A stretch of DNA of 64,000 bases, taken from the NCBI GenBank assembly GCA_011050075.1, contig DRGK01000017.1, forward strand, positions 39,838 to 103,837, written 5' to 3'. The notes beneath the pieces are model-generated. The model had not been told where the DNA came from and made no database searches. It worked only from the letters and a program-made list of their open reading frames with translations. A program made the position numbers and the translations under genes. Shown piece by piece: positions 57,539-64,000 of this stretch (position 1 is the first letter of the stretch; the number at the start of each line of letters is the position of its first letter). The DNA is from Candidatus Jorgensenbacteria bacterium. Lineage in GTDB: Bacteria > Patescibacteriota > Minisyncoccia > UBA6257 > GWB1-50-10.

Positions 57539-58342
57539 ATGGCACGCGTTATTACTATATTTAATCAAAAGGGTGGGGTAGGGAAGACCACAACAGCAAT
57601 GAACCTCGCTGCATACTTAGCATTCCTTGGCAAGAAGACGCTCCTGATCGATTTCGACCCACAGTTCAATGCAAGTGTCGGTTTTGGCATTACGTACGAC
57701 CCGCGTCATGAAACCGTGTATCAGGCGCTGTTTAACAAACAACCGGTGGAACAGGTTGTGAAGCAAACATACCTCTCTAATCTGGACATCATTCCATCAT
57801 CCGCAGACCTCTCGGGGGCGCTTGTTGAATTAGTAAATGTTCCGAACCGAGAACGATTCCTGCGCGGACTTGTTGATAAGATACGCTCGTACTATGACTT
57901 CATTTTAATAGACATGGGACCGAGTCTAAATTTGCTCACCATTAACGGACTCATCGCTGCCGATGAAGTACTCATACCAGTACAGTGTGAGTACTATAGC
58001 TTGGAAGGACTCAACCAACTGCTTAAGACCATTGACCTTATTAAGAACAATATGGGACATCCACTAAAAATTGCCGGTGCATTACTGACAATGTATGACG
58101 AGCGTGAAGAGCTCTCACGCAACGTCGCACAGAAAATTCACGAGCGGTTCCCGCACTACATATACCGCACACGCATACCGCGTTCTACCAGCCTAGCCGA
58201 AGCACCAAGCTTAAAGCGTCCCATTATTCTCTATGACCCACAGGGATTAGGCGCGCAGGCATATGAAGCGCTGGCACGGGAGCTCATTAGTCAGGAACAA
58301 GCTGTACCGTTGTCCACAGATATGGATGACGAACCTGTTTGA
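57539..58342 (+). CDS. parA: Chromosome partitioning ATPase ParA/Soj
   Basis: NQKGGVGKTTT, DFDPQ.NAS, PVQCEYYSLEG, LAEAPS; start set at ATG 57539. Confidence 0.93.
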   Translation: MARVITIFNQKGGVGKTTTAMNLAAYLAFLGKKTLLIDFDPQFNASVGFGITYDPRHETVYQALFNKQPVEQVVKQTYLSNLDIIPSSADLSGALVELVNVPNRERFLRGLVDKIRSYYDFILIDMGPSLNLLTINGLIAADEVLIPVQCEYYSLEGLNQLLKTIDLIKNNMGHPLKIAGALLTMYDEREELSRNVAQKIHERFPHYIYRTRIPRSTSLAEAPSLKRPIILYDPQGLGAQAYEALARELISQEQAVPLSTDMDDEPV

Positions 58343-58366
58343 CATATACAGACGACACCATACTAT
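58339..58366 (+). promoter_or_regulatory. Sigma70 promoter overlapping the parA stop codon
   Basis: TTGACA-N16-TACTAT. Confidence 0.65.
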
Positions 58367-58374
58367 GGTGTATA

Positions 58375-58629
58375 GTTCACGTTTAGTTACTCTCTTTGTT
58401 ATGTGTGTGGTTTAGCGGCCGCTGGAGCGCGCGTGTGATGAAAGGGTAGTTTGAATGGCGAACTCGTACGTACGTAATAACTAAGACAGGGAATCGTTGT
58501 GAGTGTTAAGGGTATCACTCTGTTCGATGATTCGGGGAGTTCTTTGCAAGGTATTTTTTTACCATGGTGACCCGAATTATACGAACATAGTGCACACTTA
58601 AAATATTCACAAAGGACCCTGTTTTAGTT
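58375..58629 (+). ncRNA. Candidate structured RNA of unknown family (two long hairpins)
   Basis: Hand-folded stems at 58375-58463 and 58479-58629 with many G-U pairs on the + strand; starts just after the promoter. Confidence 0.55.
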
Positions 58630-58669
58630 TGCTCTCATTTTTAACAGTAATATCTGATACTATGTAGGA

Positions 58670-59560
58670 ATGGCATTAGGAGACGGTTTAGCTTCATTGA
58701 TTCCCTCGCAAAAACCGGAACAAAAACCGGAAAAGAATTTGTCTGAGGTAAGGAGAGATGATAATCAAGATGCGTTGGTTATTTTCCAGATTGAGATAGA
58801 AAAAATAACGCCAAATCCCTATCAACCACGTCACGTGTATCAAGACGAAGGGTTAGAGGGACTCGCACAGTCAATCCGAGAATTCGGCATCTCACAGCCG
58901 CTCATTGCCTCAAAAATTGAGGAAGAAATATCGGAAGGGACTCGCGTTACGTACCAGTTAATCTCAGGAGAACGCCGGCTCCGTGCCGCAAAACGTGCCG
59001 GTTTGGAGCGAGTACCGGTCATTATCAGAAATGTTGCCGCTGACAGAGATAAGCTTTCCATCGCACTCATTGAGAACATACAGCGTGAAGATCTCAATCC
59101 AATTGAAGCAGCGCGCGCATATGCACGTTTACAAGATGAGTTTCAACTGACACAGCGAGAAATAGCATCACGAATAGGAAAGAGCAGAGAAACAGTTGCA
59201 AATACGCTCCGCCTACTTAATTTGCCAACCCACATACAAGAGGCAGTTACCTCCCGAACCATCACCGAATCACAGGCGCGGACACTGCTCGCTATAGAGA
59301 ATCTTGCCGAACAGGAGCAGAAATTCCAACACATGCTCCATGGACGGAAAAAACCGCGCACCGCACGTTCAGTTCAAAAACAAAAAGCTGCCAGAACCAG
59401 AGAAGATGTGTTCTGGGAACAACAACTCGAGGAACGGCTCGAAACACCTGTACGGATACAACGTAAGGGAGAAAAAGGAAAAATAACCATATCATTTGAT
59501 TCACACGAACGATGGCAATCCCTACTTAATAAACTTCTCGACGAAGAAAGTATTGGTTAG
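58670..59560 (+). CDS. parB: Chromosome partitioning protein ParB/Spo0J
   Basis: LG.GL.SLI, PNPYQPR, GERRLRA, ENIQREDLNPIE, HTH with GKSR..VAN.LRLL. Confidence 0.93.
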   Translation: MALGDGLASLIPSQKPEQKPEKNLSEVRRDDNQDALVIFQIEIEKITPNPYQPRHVYQDEGLEGLAQSIREFGISQPLIASKIEEEISEGTRVTYQLISGERRLRAAKRAGLERVPVIIRNVAADRDKLSIALIENIQREDLNPIEAARAYARLQDEFQLTQREIASRIGKSRETVANTLRLLNLPTHIQEAVTSRTITESQARTLLAIENLAEQEQKFQHMLHGRKKPRTARSVQKQKAARTREDVFWEQQLEERLETPVRIQRKGEKGKITISFDSHERWQSLLNKLLDEESIG

Positions 59561-61017
59561 CGAGGGGCTCTACCTCTTTCCTTGAGTAAATTAATTTTAG
59601 CGCGCTGTGCTGCTTTAATGCGGTCACGCGCCATAGAAGTCTTTACAAAACCCAACCATGCCTCTGATGGCTGTTTTCCGTTTTGGGTAAGTATCTTTAC
59701 CACATCACCGGACTTTAAAATATGGTCAAGTGAAACATTTTGTTGATTCACTTTTGCACCAACACAAGAATCACCGACTTCACTGTGAATTCGGTACGCA
59801 AAATCAACCGGTGTTGCATCAATGGGAAGGTCAACAACATCGTTTTTTGGAGTAATAACAAAAATTTGGTCAGTAAAGAAATTCCTTTTAACTGATTCTA
59901 AGAAGTCTTCATAAGACTTAAACTGTTCTTGCCAGTTACTCAACTGACGCACCCACAGTAACTCACGTTCGTCCGGACGCACCGACTTACGCAAGAAATA
60001 ATCTTTCGTGCCCTTTGACTGTTGATATATCCAGTGCGCTGCGGCACCAAGCTCAGCCTCTTCGTGCATCTCATTTGTACGAATCTGAATTTCGGTTATC
60101 CTATCGTCAATACACCGAACGGTGGTATGTAAACTGCGATACCCGTTCAATTTTGGTCTTGCAATGTAGTCCTTAATACGCCCGGGCAACGGTTCCCAAT
60201 GTTCATGTATCGTACCAAGAACACTGTAACAATCCTCTACGGTATCCACGATAATGCGAAGCGCTACGAGATCGTATATTTTATCCAGGTCCATATCATA
60301 CCGCTGCAACTTTTTGTACAAGCTGGCATACCGCTTTGCTCGTGCATCAATATGAGACGGCACGATACTTTCGCGTTTCAAAATATCCAGTATGTGCGGT
60401 GTTAAGCTTTCTACATACCGCTGACGTTCTGCAAATTGCTCACTGACGGTTTTTCTCAACCACGCATTTTCTTTTGGGTATAAGTAGGGAAACGCAAGGT
60501 CCTTAAAATCACCGCCCAGCTTTTGCATACCAAGACGGTAGGCAAGTGGCGCATAGAGATCAAACGCTTTCTGTGCAATACGCTGCTGTTCGCTATCAGA
60601 TAGTGAACTGAGCGTATACATATCCTGCAATTTGTCGGCGAGCTTAATAAAGATAACGCGCAGGTCCTGACTGAGTGCTATCAATAATTTCCTAAAGTAC
60701 TCAGCTTGCTCACGCCTACCGCTATACGTGAGAGCTTTTAGACGGTGGAGACGGTCAACGAGAAATGCAATCTCTTCATTAAAATGCTCCTCAATATATT
60801 CCTGAGAAAAGTCTTCATTCTCAATATTATGCAGCAGTGACACGGCGATTGTTGGCTCATCCAGCTTCCAGTCATGCAGCAGCTCGGCAACTTTCAGGCA
60901 GTGAGAAAAATAGTCCTCACCACTTACGCGTATCTTGCCGTCATATGCCGTACGTGCAAACGCATATGCTCTATGTACCACGCTCTCTGGCGGATAGTGT
61001 GTTAGTAGCTTATTCAT
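59557..61017 (-). CDS. RelA/SpoT homologue: degenerate HD domain, synthetase and TGS, no ACT
   Basis: R.K...S.YKK, DLVALR, YRSLHT, EIQIRT, AAHW.Y, TPVDFAY.IHS.VG. Confidence 0.88.
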   Translation of the reverse strand: MNKLLTHYPPESVVHRAYAFARTAYDGKIRVSGEDYFSHCLKVAELLHDWKLDEPTIAVSLLHNIENEDFSQEYIEEHFNEEIAFLVDRLHRLKALTYSGRREQAEYFRKLLIALSQDLRVIFIKLADKLQDMYTLSSLSDSEQQRIAQKAFDLYAPLAYRLGMQKLGGDFKDLAFPYLYPKENAWLRKTVSEQFAERQRYVESLTPHILDILKRESIVPSHIDARAKRYASLYKKLQRYDMDLDKIYDLVALRIIVDTVEDCYSVLGTIHEHWEPLPGRIKDYIARPKLNGYRSLHTTVRCIDDRITEIQIRTNEMHEEAELGAAAHWIYQQSKGTKDYFLRKSVRPDERELLWVRQLSNWQEQFKSYEDFLESVKRNFFTDQIFVITPKNDVVDLPIDATPVDFAYRIHSEVGDSCVGAKVNQQNVSLDHILKSGDVVKILTQNGKQPSEAWLGFVKTSMARDRIKAAQRAKINLLKERGRAPR

Positions 61018-61078
61018 AAAACGGCTCTATTGTACCTAAATTTCCCCAATATTGCAAAGCGTATGAGCTATAACGGGG

Positions 61079-61142
61079 TTGACAGCAACCACTTCATCCA
61101 TATACTTAAGTGGCAGTAGCAACAAAAGGTCGTAAGTGCTAC
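61079..61142 (+). promoter_or_regulatory. groESL promoter and degenerate CIRCE-like dyad
   Basis: TTGACA-N16-TATACT, then GTAGCAACA-N9-AAGTGCTAC (61116-61142) with CIRCE spacing. Confidence 0.55.
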
Positions 61143-61152
61143 AAATACAAAT

Positions 61153-63110
<1,958 letters not shown>

Positions 63111-63131
63111 GAATACGTAATCTGCAAACAC

Positions 63132-63162
63132 AAGAACGGCTCACCTCAGGTGAGCCGTTCTT
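63132..63162 (+). terminator. Terminator after groEL (ACGGCTCA/TGAGCCGT family)
   Basis: AAGAACGGCTCA-CCTCAGG-TGAGCCGTTCTT. Confidence 0.8.
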
Positions 63163-63230
63163 GTGTTGACGGTATATTTGTCCATTGATGATATTGGTGG
63201 TAGATTTATTAACAATAGATAAAAGAAATT

Positions 63231-64000
63231 ATGAAAGAATACTTAGCGGTCTTACAAGACATTCTGGATAACGGTATTGATAGAGATAACCGAACCGGTA
63301 TTCCATCTCGTGCGTTGTTTGGTAAACATGTAACTGTCGATTTACAAGATGGTTTTCCGGCAGTAACCACCAAAAAACTTGCGTTCAAGGCGATGAGAGC
63401 AGAGCTGATCTGGTTCTTGAGTGGAAGCAGGGATGAACGATATCTGGAACGACTCGGCGCCAAGATATGGAGAGCTAATGCGGAAGCGCCGTACTGGAAA
63501 CCAAAAGCGGAGTTTGAAGGCGATGTCGGTCGTATATATGGCGTTCAGTGGCGTTCGTGGAGAACACCGAATGGTGAAGAAATAGACCAAGTCGCGCGGC
63601 TCATAGATGGACTGAAAAATGATCCTTTTGACCGCCGTCATATCATCACCGCCTGGAATCCTGGCGAACTTGACCAAATGGCACTGCCCCCATGTCACTT
63701 GCTGTACCAGTTTCACGTTGACGATGAAAACGGACTGCATTTGACCATGTATCAGCGGAGCTGTGATATGTTTCTCGGCGTGCCGTTCAACATTGCATCG
63801 TGTGGCTTGTTCACATATATCATTGCCCAGATAGTGGGAATGACACCGAGAACGGTACAGATAACACTTGCCGATGCTCATATCTATCACAACCACTTTG
63901 ATGCAGTCCGAGAACAGTTGAGTCGGGAACCATTTACCCGTCCGCGTCTCTCAATAAGCTCTGACATCACCGATACGTTCGTACGAGAACTGAAGGATCG
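63231..64000 (+). CDS. thyA: Thymidylate synthase (runs off the window end; absent from ORF track)
   Basis: Hand translation: NRTG, ELIWFL.G, YGVQWR, AWNP, ALPPCH, YQRSCD.FLGVPFN, DAHIY.NH. Confidence 0.95.
   Translation, partial: MKEYLAVLQDILDNGIDRDNRTGIPSRALFGKHVTVDLQDGFPAVTTKKLAFKAMRAELIWFLSGSRDERYLERLGAKIWRANAEAPYWKPKAEFEGDVGRIYGVQWRSWRTPNGEEIDQVARLIDGLKNDPFDRRHIITAWNPGELDQMALPPCHLLYQFHVDDENGLHLTMYQRSCDMFLGVPFNIASCGLFTYIIAQIVGMTPRTVQITLADAHIYHNHFDAVREQLSREPFTRPRLSISSDITDTFVRELKD

Noticed and set aside
58375-58629. Naming the structured region 6S RNA or SRP RNA
   Set aside because: I see no large central bubble typical of 6S and no SRP domain IV GGAA-tetraloop motif; left unassigned pending an Rfam search.
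57539-59560. parS site or oriC near parAB
   Set aside because: No TGTTTCACGTGAAACA-like palindrome was found by eye; only one mismatched DnaA-box-like 9-mer (TTGTCCACA, 58310) inside parA.

Overview
A 64-kb, gene-dense bacterial chromosome segment using standard code 11 (TGA is a stop). The gene content points to Patescibacteria/CPR, most likely Parcubacteria (inference): CPR-type Cys-rich and membrane proteins, a type IV pilus operon, archaeal-type PyrH, short DnaX and tRNAs without encoded CCA. Housekeeping genes: ftsI, murF, rmuC, corA, rarA, ppi, csaA, tag, obgE, dnaX, ychF, lemA, htpX, rluA-like, rplS, rpmG, pyrH, parA, parB, a Rel enzyme, groES/groEL and partial thyA. There are 8 intact tRNAs and one tRNA remnant. 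Accessory blocks: a CcdA/TlpA/DUF3105/DUF3179 redox operon divergent from Zur-ZnuABC, a pilus operon, a DUF6922/AbiEii pair, and a 7-gene surface operon (WxL-like subunits, dockerin, cohesins). No CRISPR array, rRNA, integrase, transposase or reverse transcriptase was seen. Main unexplained signals: (1) a ~255-nt, G-U-rich double-hairpin RNA candidate with its own promoter between parA and parB; (2) hairpin elements with a GAGCRAAGCGA core and duplicated tRNA ends beside tRNA-Gln (next to a GIY-YIG nuclease) and tRNA-Ser; (3) clean 21- and 42-nt palindromic insertions, two in frame in pilin leaders; (4) widespread leaderless promoter geometry plus an AAAGGTCG motif in leadered 5' UTRs; (5) the cohesin-dockerin/WxL-like operon. 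All family assignments come from motif recognition by eye; no searches were run.
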